A stretch of DNA of 64,000 nt from an uncultured virus (IMG/VR IMGVR_UViG_3300029998_000015) (IMGVR_UViG_3300029998_000015), one strand, 5' to 3'. Numbered from the stretch's first letter, positions 19,509-29,350 are shown. The notes: generated by a model not told the origin, from the letters alone. Translations and numbers: made by a program.

Positions 19509-21908
19509 TTATGCATTTGCATCTACAATTATCATCTTGTCATATATTAACTTCTTATTACCTGATGAATCTATGTATAATTCTTTATTATATGAATTAT
19601 AAACATGAGTGGATAATGAGAAATCTACTCCAGTATAATCAAAATTAAAATTATCAAAAACATTATTCATAATAAACCCACTTCCAACTGTATTATATTT
19701 AAAATCACTTTCAATAGTATTCTGATTGAAATTATCACCAATATTATTCTGATAAAAATTATATCCAGTTGTATTTTTAGAGAAATTATTACCTATTGTA
19801 CAATTAGAAAAATAAATTTTTAATATATTATTATTAAAGTTATCTCCTATTGAATTATTATTAAACACTCCATTAATAATATTACTATTAAAGTTATCAC
19901 CAATAGAATTATTATATTGAAAATAATTTTTTATATCATTACTAGCAAAAGAATTTCCTATTTTATTACTTTGGAATCCATTTCCTATTAAATTATCCCG
20001 AAAATCACCCAAAATAATATTATAATTAAATGAACTTCCTATTATGTTATTTTGAAAACTATCTCCTGTTTTATTATTATAAAAATTAATTCCTGTATTA
20101 TTATATTGAAAATATTTTCCTATATTATTATCATGACAATTATCACCCATTACATTATTGTTAAAACTATTTCTAATTATATTATTAGTAAAATAATTTC
20201 CGTTAATCTCATTTGAATTAAATCCATCTAAAATAATATTACCATAAAAATCATCACCAGATGAATTATTATGAAATCCATTAGAAATTGAATTTCTGCC
20301 AAAATCACCATACGTATTATTATTTGTAAAATCAGACCCTATTGAATTATTATAAAAAACATCTATTATTATATTATTTCTAAAATTATTCTTTATTGAA
20401 TTATTACTAAACTCTGCATAAATATCATTATTACTAGATGAACCATAAAAAATAGAATTACTATAAGATATATTATTACGATTAGCCATTGAATTAATCT
20501 TATTCGAATAAGAAGATATATAACCATTATAACCCCAATTGATCCACATGTTATAATCAGTATATCCAGTTGAACAATTTATTGAAAAATTAGAAAGACT
20601 CCAGCTATTATTAACTGGACTTACATAACTTAAATTGGTCCATTCAAATAACTTCCATGAATTTTCATTATCACTTGATGGATCAATTCCAGTTACATTA
20701 TCATTTAAACAAATATAAATATTATTAGAGTTAGGATATAAAACTACACTATTCTTATTGTATGATGTTGAATTTTCCCATGTATTTGATGTGACGTCAA
20801 TTTGCCACCTACGAAACTTAACATTTCGGAAATCAAATGGAATATCATTATTCTGAAATGTATCTATCCTTCTATAAATATATCCCATTGTGCTACCATC
20901 TATCACTTTTGTCATTGCCATACTATCTACGATTTTTGGATCATTACTCACTTCATAGTAAATTATATCTTGAGGAAATAAACTTGAATATGACTCAGGC
21001 TTTAATGTATTTAATCCACTTGCAGTTACTAATAAAGGTTCTATGATACCAGTATTAATATCACTTGTATTAGGTATGGCATGAACTGTCTGATAATCAG
21101 TAATCAAATACTGACTACCAATTGTTAATCCGCTATCATTAATCAATTCACTTAATTCATTGTATGTAACATCAGTTACGGAAGAACCTCCTCCTGTTGG
21201 TAAATTGTCAATATCACTAGCATATATCTTTCTATCTAATGTTGGTCTAATATGAGTTAAGTCATCAGTTGTCGTTATGTCATATACATTATTTTCATCA
21301 TCATTATATGAACATACTGCACCAAATGTTCCAGAAAAATCTGAACCAATAGGATCACCATTTTGATAATGTCTAACTGCTAAATTCTGTTGCAACCACA
21401 CTTGGCTACCAATTGTTACAGAGTGATAAGTGTCTCCATCAATAATTACATCGCCTTCATTATTAGAATCATTTTTAATAAGCTTAATATATGATCCAAA
21501 TTTTAAAGAATCAACCCCTCCAGAATTTCCAACATAAAATGTATTATTAACATAATAATAAACGTATTTAATGTAAGAGCCATCCCACTCCGTAGTCATA
21601 ATTCTTTCTAAACTATTAATACCGGCAAATTCAAATGGGTAATTATATTGACCACCATATATACCTCCAGATAATAATATCGGGAATCCATTGGCTTCAT
21701 TTAATGTTTGGCATTCTGCTACTGTAGCTATATGCCATCCTATAGGAGCAATACCTCTTGAATCAGTTGCTGCATACCAATTGTAAAGCCTGCCGTATTT
21801 AATAGTTTTTCCTGTAATTGAAGGTATTAATTCCCAAAATGATTCACCAGTACCTCCGCTCAATTTTCCATCTACCCACTCTTCACTTGCTAATTGTATA
21901 TTTAACAT
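19509..21908 (-). CDS. Fibre-like protein: LASEEWV tag, permuted Fib_succ_major domain, TDYQT domain, beta-helix
   Basis: YGRLYNWYAA..PIGWHI..; IDGDTYHSVTIGSQVWLQQNL; NxIGxxF repeats. Confidence 0.75.
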   Translation of the reverse strand: MLNIQLASEEWVDGKLSGGTGESFWELIPSITGKTIKYGRLYNWYAATDSRGIAPIGWHIATVAECQTLNEANGFPILLSGGIYGGQYNYPFEFAGINSLERIMTTEWDGSYIKYVYYYVNNTFYVGNSGGVDSLKFGSYIKLIKNDSNNEGDVIIDGDTYHSVTIGSQVWLQQNLAVRHYQNGDPIGSDFSGTFGAVCSYNDDENNVYDITTTDDLTHIRPTLDRKIYASDIDNLPTGGGSSVTDVTYNELSELINDSGLTIGSQYLITDYQTVHAIPNTSDINTGIIEPLLVTASGLNTLKPESYSSLFPQDIIYYEVSNDPKIVDSMAMTKVIDGSTMGYIYRRIDTFQNNDIPFDFRNVKFRRWQIDVTSNTWENSTSYNKNSVVLYPNSNNIYICLNDNVTGIDPSSDNENSWKLFEWTNLSYVSPVNNSWSLSNFSINCSTGYTDYNMWINWGYNGYISSYSNKINSMANRNNISYSNSIFYGSSSNNDIYAEFSNNSIKNNFRNNIIIDVFYNNSIGSDFTNNNTYGDFGRNSISNGFHNNSSGDDFYGNIILDGFNSNEINGNYFTNNIIRNSFNNNVMGDNCHDNNIGKYFQYNNTGINFYNNKTGDSFQNNIIGSSFNYNIILGDFRDNLIGNGFQSNKIGNSFASNDIKNYFQYNNSIGDNFNSNIINGVFNNNSIGDNFNNNILKIYFSNCTIGNNFSKNTTGYNFYQNNIGDNFNQNTIESDFKYNTVGSGFIMNNVFDNFNFDYTGVDFSLSTHVYNSYNKELYIDSSGNKKLIYDKMIIVDANA

Positions 21909-21944
21909 AAGTTATTTTTATTTCTATATATAAAAATATATAAA

Positions 21945-21974
21945 AAAATAACATTTGTGAACACAAATGTTATT
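21945..21974 (-). terminator. Intrinsic terminator ending the LRR operon
   Basis: aataacatttgtg-aa-cacaaatgttatt with A-tract. Confidence 0.7.
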
Positions 21975-21998
21975 ATATACCTTACTAATTTTTATATT

Positions 21999-22685
21999 TT
22001 AAATATTAAATTTGCTCATATCACCAACCTCAGGCTGATTCTCACTCATCCATTTTTTATAACCATCTAAATCATCATAAGGCAAATTATTACCATCACA
22101 ATCTAAATATAATAATGATGAAGGTAATATAGGTAATGTTTTTAAATTGTTGTTAGAACATTTTAAATCCTTTAAGCCCTCAGATAAATAAGGTAAGGAT
22201 GATAACTCATTGTTCTTGCAATCTAATATTTTTAATCCATCAGGTAAAGTAGGCAATGAAGTTAAAAAATTATCAAAACAATGTAACTCTATTAATCCAT
22301 CAGGTAAAGTAGGTAATGAAATCAATTTATTGTCCCTACAATATATCTCCCTTATATTCTTAGGTAAATTAGGTAATGAATATATTTCATTATTAGAACA
22401 ATCTAAATATATTAATCTATCAGGTAAAGTAGGTAATGATGTTAAATGATTTTTTGAACAACATAACTCTAATAATCTGTCAGGTAACTCTGGTAATGAA
22501 TCTAATAAATTACCCCTACAATCTAAATCTTCTAATGTACTTGGTAACTTAGGTAACTCTGTTAATATGTTATATTTACATGATAAATTTGTTAATCCTT
22601 CTTGTAAATCTGGTAACTTACCTAATTTTTTTATATCACAAATTAACGTTTGTTCAATACCCTCAAACTTCTTTATATATTTCAT
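21999..22685 (-). CDS. Tagged LRR protein
   Basis: Start reassigned to 22685 (MKYIKKFEG); SKFNI. Confidence 0.9.
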   Translation of the reverse strand: MKYIKKFEGIEQTLICDIKKLGKLPDLQEGLTNLSCKYNILTELPKLPSTLEDLDCRGNLLDSLPELPDRLLELCCSKNHLTSLPTLPDRLIYLDCSNNEIYSLPNLPKNIREIYCRDNKLISLPTLPDGLIELHCFDNFLTSLPTLPDGLKILDCKNNELSSLPYLSEGLKDLKCSNNNLKTLPILPSSLLYLDCDGNNLPYDDLDGYKKWMSENQPEVGDMSKFNI

Positions 22686-23095
22686 GATTTTAGTTTTTTT
22701 ATTAAGATGAAACATGAATCCTTATCAGTATCATCTTTATTCATTTTATCAGAATCTTGAAACACTTTGAACCCACAACCTAAATATAATTTTACAGCAC
22801 CTTCATTATTTTTAAATACAAGTAATGTGATAATATCAATACCAAGATCATCTTTAATATAATCAAACATCTGATTTAGTAAGTATTTAGCATACCCTTT
22901 TCTCTTAAATCTATTAACAGTCCTTAAATTAAATATTGTAATATACTCGTCCTTAAACCATTTATCTGGTTTTTCTATCCTATATTCAGTCTCAGATACT
23001 AATATATCATCTAAAAATAACTGAAATTTATTATTAGTCTTGTCAATTATAAAGGTTTTTTCTTCTTTCTTCTCATAACTTTTTATATACTTCAT
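22682..23095 (-). CDS. Tagged GNAT acetyltransferase
   Basis: MKYIKSYE; IFNLRT..FKRKGYAKYLL (motif A); L.V..NN..A.KLY..CGF. Confidence 0.85.
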   Translation of the reverse strand: MKYIKSYEKKEEKTFIIDKTNNKFQLFLDDILVSETEYRIEKPDKWFKDEYITIFNLRTVNRFKRKGYAKYLLNQMFDYIKDDLGIDIITLLVFKNNEGAVKLYLGCGFKVFQDSDKMNKDDTDKDSCFILIKKLKS

Positions 23096-23097
23096 GA

Positions 23098-23499
23098 TTA
23101 TATGTTAAATTTATTTACATCAATAAACATCTGATATCCTTTTGTGTCAAATGATAAATCATCTGGTAGATTATCTAAATTTATTATATGTAATATACTA
23201 TTATTAATAAGACTACTAGAAAGATTTTTTGATTCATGATATATATTAGACTCAATATAATCAAATAATCCTGGATATCTATAAATAAATTCAGGAGTAG
23301 CAAATATTCTACCATCTTTATCAACTTGATTTATCTTAAATATTGTCTGATTACGGTCATTACACATATTTATATCATTATAAGGCAAACTTTGAATATT
23401 AATATAATCTCCATCCTTTTTAATCAATTCTAAAAAATCATGTAATCTATTAAAAAAAATATTCTGAGACATTGTTTCAAATTTCTTTATATACTTCAT
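23098..23499 (-). CDS. Tagged hypothetical protein
   Basis: MKYIKKFE...NKFNI. Confidence 0.8.
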   Translation of the reverse strand: MKYIKKFETMSQNIFFNRLHDFLELIKKDGDYINIQSLPYNDINMCNDRNQTIFKINQVDKDGRIFATPEFIYRYPGLFDYIESNIYHESKNLSSSLINNSILHIINLDNLPDDLSFDTKGYQMFIDVNKFNI

Positions 23500-23501
23500 A
23501 G

Positions 23502-24002
23502 TTATATGTTAAATTTATTTGCAGAATACTTCTCTGGAAATTCTTTAAAATCCTTATAACCATCTAAGTTATTATAAGGTAAATTATTACCATAACAATA
23601 TAACCTCTCTAATGAATCAGGTAACTCTGGTAATTCAGATATATTATTGCTCTCACAATCTAAATATTTTAATGTATTAGGTAATTTAGGCAATGATGTT
23701 AATTCATTACTTGTACAAAACAATTCCTCTAATGTATCAGGTAACTCAGGCAACTCACTTATTTTATTATAACAACAATCTAAGCCAATTAATTTAGTAG
23801 GTATCTCTGGTAATTTCGTTAATTTATTACTAGAACAATTTAAATTTTTTAATGTAACAGGTAACTTTGGTAACGTAGTTAAATCATTACCAAGACAATT
23901 TAAATTTAATAATGTACTAGGCAACTTCGGTAACTTACTCAATCCTTTTTGAAAACAATTTAATGTTGTTACTATGCCCTCAAACTCCTTTATATACTTC
24001 AT
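23502..24002 (-). CDS. Tagged LRR protein
   Basis: MKYIKEFE; LRRs; NKFNI. Confidence 0.9.
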   Translation of the reverse strand: MKYIKEFEGIVTTLNCFQKGLSKLPKLPSTLLNLNCLGNDLTTLPKLPVTLKNLNCSSNKLTKLPEIPTKLIGLDCCYNKISELPELPDTLEELFCTSNELTSLPKLPNTLKYLDCESNNISELPELPDSLERLYCYGNNLPYNNLDGYKDFKEFPEKYSANKFNI

Positions 24003-24004
24003 AA

Positions 24005-24322
24005 TTAAATATTAAATTTTGTTGCACAAACTGATAACATATATTTATTTTTCTCCTCATCTGTAGCATCTTTTGTTATTTTATTTATATTAGACCTTTT
24101 GATTTGTATGTAACCATCACTTAACGTATTGAAATTAACATCTTTTGATTTTATCTCATATGTATCACCAATATAATTACAAAAATAATCATAAAATTCA
24201 TAATTTAAAGAATTAGTCTTAGATAACCTTAATTTACCTATCGCTCTGAAATCTTTATAATTATAACTAAATATATCATCAAATGATTTTACTATACCCT
24301 CAAACTCCTTTATATACTTCAT
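24005..24322 (-). CDS. Tagged hypothetical protein
   Basis: MKYIKEFEGIV (identical to neighbour's first 11 aa), unrelated body, TKFNI. Confidence 0.8.
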   Translation of the reverse strand: MKYIKEFEGIVKSFDDIFSYNYKDFRAIGKLRLSKTNSLNYEFYDYFCNYIGDTYEIKSKDVNFNTLSDGYIQIKRSNINKITKDATDEEKNKYMLSVCATKFNI

Positions 24323-24324
24323 GA

Positions 24325-24912
24325 TTAAATATTAAATTTTCTTGATTGAAAAATATCAGGCTGATTTATCTCTAACCATTCATTATATTCTTTCAAATTT
24401 TTATATGGTAAATTATTACCGCCACAATCTAAATATTCTAATGTATAATGCAATAATGGTAACTCACTTAAATTGTTATCATGACAATCCAATTCTTTTA
24501 ATGATAATGGTAATATAGGTAGAGAAGTTAAATTATTTTTATAACAACTTAATTTTATTAATGTACTTGGTAATTTAGGTAACTCAGTCAATTCGTTTTT
24601 ATAACAATTAAATTTTATTAATGTATCAGGTAATTCAGGTAACTCAGTTAATTTATTATTACTACAAAATAATACTTCTAATCCATCAGGTAAAGTTGGT
24701 AAAGAGTATAATAAATTTTTACCACAATATAACTCTTTTAATGTATCAGGCAACTCTGTAAACTCACTTATCTTATTTCCACTACAATACAATTTCTCTA
24801 ATGTATCTGACAACTCAGGTAACTCTGTTATGCCTTCTCCAAAACTTGTATTAGTTAATTTTAAGATATTGTCTTCGTTCTCTATATGTTCAAACTTTTT
24901 TATATACTTCAT
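24325..24912 (-). CDS. Tagged LRR protein
   Basis: LRRs; RKFNI. Confidence 0.9.
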   Translation of the reverse strand: MKYIKKFEHIENEDNILKLTNTSFGEGITELPELSDTLEKLYCSGNKISEFTELPDTLKELYCGKNLLYSLPTLPDGLEVLFCSNNKLTELPELPDTLIKFNCYKNELTELPKLPSTLIKLSCYKNNLTSLPILPLSLKELDCHDNNLSELPLLHYTLEYLDCGGNNLPYKNLKEYNEWLEINQPDIFQSRKFNI

Positions 24913-24914
24913 TG

Positions 24915-25433
24915 CTATATGTTAAATTTATTTGCTCCACCAATCTCAGGATGATTTTCTTCTAACCACTTCTTATATCCAATTAAATCATTATAAGGTA
25001 AATTGTTCCTTGAACATGTTAATGTTCGTAATGTATTAGGTAATAAAGGCAACTCACTCAAATTGTTATCCTGACAATATAACTCCTTTAATCCATCAGG
25101 TAAAATAGGTAACTCACTTAATTTATTATCAGCACACGATAATATAAATAATGTATCAGGTAACTTTGGTAACTCAATTAATTCATTTTCATAACAATAT
25201 AATATCTCTAATCCATCAGGTAGATTTGGTAATCTCTCTAATCTGTTCCTTGTACAATCTAAATATCTTAATGTATCAGGTAACTTAGGTAATGTATGTA
25301 AATTGTTAAGAGAACAACGTAACTTCTCTAATGTATCAGGTAAATTAGTTAAATCATTAATATTTTCATCATTACAATCTAAATCTGTAACAATACTCTC
25401 AAATTTCTTATTAAATCTCTTTATATACTTCAT
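24915..25433 (-). CDS. Tagged LRR protein
   Basis: LRRs; NKFNI. Confidence 0.9.
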   Translation of the reverse strand: MKYIKRFNKKFESIVTDLDCNDENINDLTNLPDTLEKLRCSLNNLHTLPKLPDTLRYLDCTRNRLERLPNLPDGLEILYCYENELIELPKLPDTLFILSCADNKLSELPILPDGLKELYCQDNNLSELPLLPNTLRTLTCSRNNLPYNDLIGYKKWLEENHPEIGGANKFNI

Positions 25434-25435
25434 AG

Positions 25436-25885
25436 TTATATGTTAAATTTATTAGCTGCATACTTCTCTGGAAATTCTTTCCAATCATTATAACTATCCA
25501 AATCATAATATGGAAAATCATTTCCTCCACAATCTAAATTCTCTAATGATGCAGGCAAATCAGGTAATGAATTTAACTTATTATTAGAACAATCTAATAT
25601 CCTTAATCCTTCAGGTAACTTTGGTAAATATTTTAATTTGTTGTTGTAACAATATAATATCTCTAATGTATTAGGTAACTTCGGCAATGACATTAAATAA
25701 TTACTGTTGCAATATAATGTCTTCAAATTGATAGGCAACTCAGGTAATTCATTTAAATAATTATCATTGCAATATAATGTAACCAATCCATTAGGTAAAT
25801 CAGGTAATACAGTTAAATAAGATTTAGAATAATCTAATGGCATTATCAAAATTTTTATCTTCTCAAAACTCTTTATATACTTCAT
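25436..25885 (-). CDS. Tagged LRR protein
   Basis: LRRs; NKFNI. Confidence 0.9.
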   Translation of the reverse strand: MKYIKSFEKIKILIMPLDYSKSYLTVLPDLPNGLVTLYCNDNYLNELPELPINLKTLYCNSNYLMSLPKLPNTLEILYCYNNKLKYLPKLPEGLRILDCSNNKLNSLPDLPASLENLDCGGNDFPYYDLDSYNDWKEFPEKYAANKFNI

Positions 25886-25887
25886 TG

Positions 25888-26328
25888 TTATATGTTAAAT
25901 TTTTTAGCCATTCCCTGAGGAGTTTTAGAATACCAAAATTTATATCCATCTAAATCCTCATAAGGTAAATTGTTACCACCACAATGTAATATACTTAAAT
26001 TTTCAGGCAACTCAGGCAAATCACTTAATTTATTGTTAGAACAATATAACATTTTCAATGTATTAGGCAACTTAGGTAATGACGTTAATTCATTATTAGT
26101 ACAATATAATTCTTTTAATTCAATAGGTAACTCAGGCAACTCTGTTAAATAATTAAAATTGCAAACTATATTCTCTAATGTATCAGGTAATATAGGTAAC
26201 TCAGTTAATTTATTACGATGACAACGCAATGTTATCAAATTATTAGGCAACTTAGGTAATTTTGTTAACTGTTGATCAGAACATTCAAAATCTGTAACTC
26301 TACTCTCAAACCTCTTTATATACTTCAT
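25888..26328 (-). CDS. Tagged LRR protein
   Basis: LRRs; SKTPQGM.KKFNI shared with 13316..14065. Confidence 0.9.
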   Translation of the reverse strand: MKYIKRFESRVTDFECSDQQLTKLPKLPNNLITLRCHRNKLTELPILPDTLENIVCNFNYLTELPELPIELKELYCTNNELTSLPKLPNTLKMLYCSNNKLSDLPELPENLSILHCGGNNLPYEDLDGYKFWYSKTPQGMAKKFNI

Positions 26329-26330
26329 TG

Positions 26331-26711
26331 TTATATGTTAAATTTATTAGCTGAATAAGACTCAGGAGATTCTTTCCATTCCTTATACTCTCTCAAGTTA
26401 TTATAAGGCAAATAATTACCATCACATTCTAAAAATTCTAATCCTATCGGTAAATTAGGTAACTCCCTTAACTTATTATCAGAACAATCTAAATATTGTA
26501 ATGTATCAGGTAACTCTGGTAATGAAGTTAAATAATTACCACTACAATATAATAAATCTAATGCATCTGGTAACTTAGGTAACTCTGTTAATTCATTATA
26601 ATTACAATTCAAATAAGTTAATGTATCAGGTAACACTGGTAATATTTTTAAATTACTACTAGATAAATCTAACTCTGTTACTGTACTATCAAATCTCTTT
26701 ATATACTTCAT
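26331..26711 (-). CDS. Tagged LRR protein
   Basis: LRRs; NKFNI. Confidence 0.9.
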   Translation of the reverse strand: MKYIKRFDSTVTELDLSSSNLKILPVLPDTLTYLNCNYNELTELPKLPDALDLLYCSGNYLTSLPELPDTLQYLDCSDNKLRELPNLPIGLEFLECDGNYLPYNNLREYKEWKESPESYSANKFNI

Positions 26712-26713
26712 TG

Positions 26714-27100
26714 TTATATGTTAAATTTTTTACCATTACTAACCTCAGGATGATTTACTTCTAACCATCTATTATATTCTCTTAAATTGTTATAAGGTAA
26801 TTTGTTACCACTGCAATTAAAATCTATTAATGAATTAGGTAATATAGGTAACTCTCTTAATCTGTTATCACTAATATCTAAATATAGTAAATTATAAGGT
26901 AAATTAGGTAAAGAATCTAAATTGTTAGATTGACAATATAATTCTTCTAATGTTATAGGTAACTCTGACAACTCTGTTAAATTATTATAAGAACAATTTA
27001 AATATTCTAAATTTTCAGGTAAATGCGGCAACTCAATTAAATGCTCATTAGAACAATCTAATGATATAATAGTATGCTCAAACTTTTTAATGTATCTCAT
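26714..27100 (-). CDS. Tagged LRR protein
   Basis: Start reassigned to 27100 (MRYIKKFE); KKFNI. Confidence 0.9.
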   Translation of the reverse strand: MRYIKKFEHTIISLDCSNEHLIELPHLPENLEYLNCSYNNLTELSELPITLEELYCQSNNLDSLPNLPYNLLYLDISDNRLRELPILPNSLIDFNCSGNKLPYNNLREYNRWLEVNHPEVSNGKKFNI

Positions 27101-27170
27101 AACATTATATATTATTTTATAAATGCCATAAATCTTAATCAATCATAATTTTAAACAAAAAATAACAAAT

Positions 27171-27210
27171 GTGACCACAAATGTTACTTTAACCCTCACC
27201 GAAGTTTTAA
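27171..27210. repeat. Intergenic element GTGACCACAA...CCCTCACCGAAGTTTTAA (copy 1)
   Basis: Also at 27820-27871, 29003-29054 and 29351-29378. Confidence 0.85.
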
Positions 27211-27211
27211 T

Positions 27212-27790
27212 CTATATGTTGTATTTTCTACTATTAATAACCTCAGGATGATTAATAGAAAGCCAATCATTATAACCATCCAAACCATCATAAGGTAAAT
27301 TATTATGATCACAAACTAAATATAGTAATGACTTAGGTAAATTTAATGGTAACTCACGTAAATCATTATAAGAACATTCTAATAACTCTAACGTATCAGG
27401 TAACTCTGGTAACTCACTTATGTTATTCTCAGAACAATTTAACTTGATTAATCCATTAGGTAATGTAGACAAACTTTTTAATTTGTTGTCAGAACAAAAT
27501 ATGTATTTTAATCCTTCAGTTAAGCCAGATAAATCTTCTAACCTGTTGCTGTTGCAATTTAAATAATCTAATGAAATAGGTAACTCAGGTAACTTAGTTA
27601 ATCTGTTGTTAAAAAAACTTAAATTTACTAATCCATCAGGTAAGCCAGATATTGTAGTCAATCTGTTGTTATAACAAAACAAATTTATTAATGTACTAGG
27701 TAACTCTGGTAATACCTCTAAACCCTTATCACTTAAATCTAACTCTGTTATTGGAATAATAAATTTCTCAAACTGCTTTACATGCTTCAT
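27212..27790 (-). CDS. Tagged LRR protein
   Basis: MKHVKQFE; RKYNI. Confidence 0.9.
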   Translation of the reverse strand: MKHVKQFEKFIIPITELDLSDKGLEVLPELPSTLINLFCYNNRLTTISGLPDGLVNLSFFNNRLTKLPELPISLDYLNCNSNRLEDLSGLTEGLKYIFCSDNKLKSLSTLPNGLIKLNCSENNISELPELPDTLELLECSYNDLRELPLNLPKSLLYLVCDHNNLPYDGLDGYNDWLSINHPEVINSRKYNI

Positions 27791-27819
27791 AATCTATATG
27801 TATTTTTTTAATAACAAGT

Positions 27820-27871
27820 GTGACCACAAAAAATCAATAAAATGTTACTTTCTCCCTCACCGAAGTTTTAA
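27820..27871. repeat. Intergenic element copy 2
   Basis: gtgaccacaaa..actttctccctcaccgaagttttaa. Confidence 0.85.
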
Positions 27872-27881
27872 AATATCTAAA

Positions 27882-28391
27882 CTATATACTAAATTTAGAA
27901 GCAGCATATACATCTGGATGATTCTCCTTTATCCATCTCCTGTAACCATGTATATTATTATAAGGTAATCCATTACCATCACAATATAAATATTCTAATG
28001 AAGAAGGTAAATGTAAAGGCAACTCAGTTAATTTATTGTTATTACACGTCAATTCAATTAATGACTCTGGTAATATAGGCAGTGAAGTTAAATTGTTATC
28101 ATCACATCCTAAATATTCTAATCCATTAGGTAAATTAGGTAACTCACTTAATCCATTACCATTACAACCTAAATCAACTAATGTATCAGGTAATTCAGGT
28201 AACGAACTTAAATTATTATGATCACAATATAAAACTGTTAAACCATTAGGTAACTCTGGTAACTCCTTTAATCTATTACTACTACACCTTAACTCCCTTA
28301 ATTCATTAGGTAAATCAGGTAATACCTCTAAATTCCTTAAAGATACATTTATATCTGTAACCATACTCTCAAACTGCTTAATATGCTTCAT
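27882..28391 (-). CDS. Tagged LRR protein
   Basis: MKHIKQFES; SKFSI. Confidence 0.9.
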   Translation of the reverse strand: MKHIKQFESMVTDINVSLRNLEVLPDLPNELRELRCSSNRLKELPELPNGLTVLYCDHNNLSSLPELPDTLVDLGCNGNGLSELPNLPNGLEYLGCDDNNLTSLPILPESLIELTCNNNKLTELPLHLPSSLEYLYCDGNGLPYNNIHGYRRWIKENHPDVYAASKFSI

Positions 28392-28394
28392 AAA

Positions 28395-28901
28395 CTATAT
28401 GTTAAATTTTCTACTATTAAATACCTCAGGATGATGTATTGACATCCAATGATTATAACTATTCAAATCCTTATAAGGTAACCCATTACCACTACAATTT
28501 AAAATTCTTAATCCATTAGGTAATATAGGCAATGACTTTAATAAATTACCTGTACAATATAACTCCTTTAAACCCTCAGGTAAATTAGGTAACTCCATTA
28601 AATTGTTGTCAGAACAATATAACTCCCTTAATCCATCAGGCAACTTAGGTAACGATGTTAATTCATTTATACTGCAATATAAATATACTAATGATTCAGG
28701 TAACTCTGGTAATGATACTAATTTATTACTACCACAATATATTGTAATTAAACCATTAGGTAAAGTAGGTAATGATACCAATAAATTGCTGTTGCACTCC
28801 AATGTCTCTATAGTAGAAGGCAAATCAGGTAATAATTCTAAATCCTTGTGAGAATATACTAATTTCCTAACTATCTCTTCATTTACTTTTAAATGCTTCA
28901 T
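28395..28901 (-). CDS. Tagged LRR protein
   Basis: Start reassigned to 28901 (MKHLKVNE); RKFNI. Confidence 0.9.
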   Translation of the reverse strand: MKHLKVNEEIVRKLVYSHKDLELLPDLPSTIETLECNSNLLVSLPTLPNGLITIYCGSNKLVSLPELPESLVYLYCSINELTSLPKLPDGLRELYCSDNNLMELPNLPEGLKELYCTGNLLKSLPILPNGLRILNCSGNGLPYKDLNSYNHWMSIHHPEVFNSRKFNI

Positions 28902-29002
28902 AATATTATATATTAATCTAAAATACCCCAAAATAACAACCCAACACAATTAGAGACGCATTCCAATAAATTCACTTAATATCAATATGTTAAACGATAA
29001 CC

Positions 29003-29054
29003 GTGACCACAAAATAACCAAAAATATTCACTTTCTCCCTCACCGAAGTTTTAA
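29003..29054. repeat. Intergenic element copy 3
   Basis: gtgaccacaaaa..ttcactttctccctcaccgaagttttaa. Confidence 0.85.
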
Positions 29055-29064
29055 ATAATTAATG

Positions 29065-29343
29065 CTATATGTTAAATTTCATAGAATTAAGTATAACCTC
29101 TATTGATTCTAAATTATTAGAATAATGCTTTATGTCCTGTAAATTGCAATAATACCTCTCTATTCCAATATAAAAATATAAAAGATGATATAAACCATCA
29201 GAAATTGATGTTATCTTACCAAAGTTGTTTGATATGAAATTTATTTCATCATCTCCATTACCTATATATTCACCATAACATATAACATAATCTCCTACCT
29301 GCGGTATATTCTCAGTCATTTCAATTTCCATTTCAATTTCCAT
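29065..29343 (-). CDS. GDYV-family protein with KFNI tag
   Basis: PQVGDYVIC..CNLQDI..MKFNI; paralog of 30164..30430. Confidence 0.8.
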   Translation of the reverse strand: MEIEMEIEMTENIPQVGDYVICYGEYIGNGDDEINFISNNFGKITSISDGLYHLLYFYIGIERYYCNLQDIKHYSNNLESIEVILNSMKFNI

Positions 29344-29350
29344 TTAATTA

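Noticed and set aside
23502..23516. Reverse complement of KFNI-stop (ttatatgttaaattt) resembles the XerD arm TTATGTTAAAT
   Set aside because: No XerC-like arm at the right spacing, and synonymous variants (ttt/ttc, aac/aat) occur, pointing to mainly protein-level constraint.
2394..28851. Opposite-strand ORFs over LRR genes (2394..2834, 12926..13381, 13644..13835, 22210..22449, 25970..26152, 28036..28221, 28603..28851)
   Set aside because: Antisense shadows of the repetitive LRR codons (GNSGN/LLLEQ pattern), with no independent signals.
12688..28901. Calling the LRR genes IpaH/SspH E3 ligases of a bacterial pathogen
   Set aside because: No NEL domain or secretion genes; the context is phage tail genes and phage-like operons.
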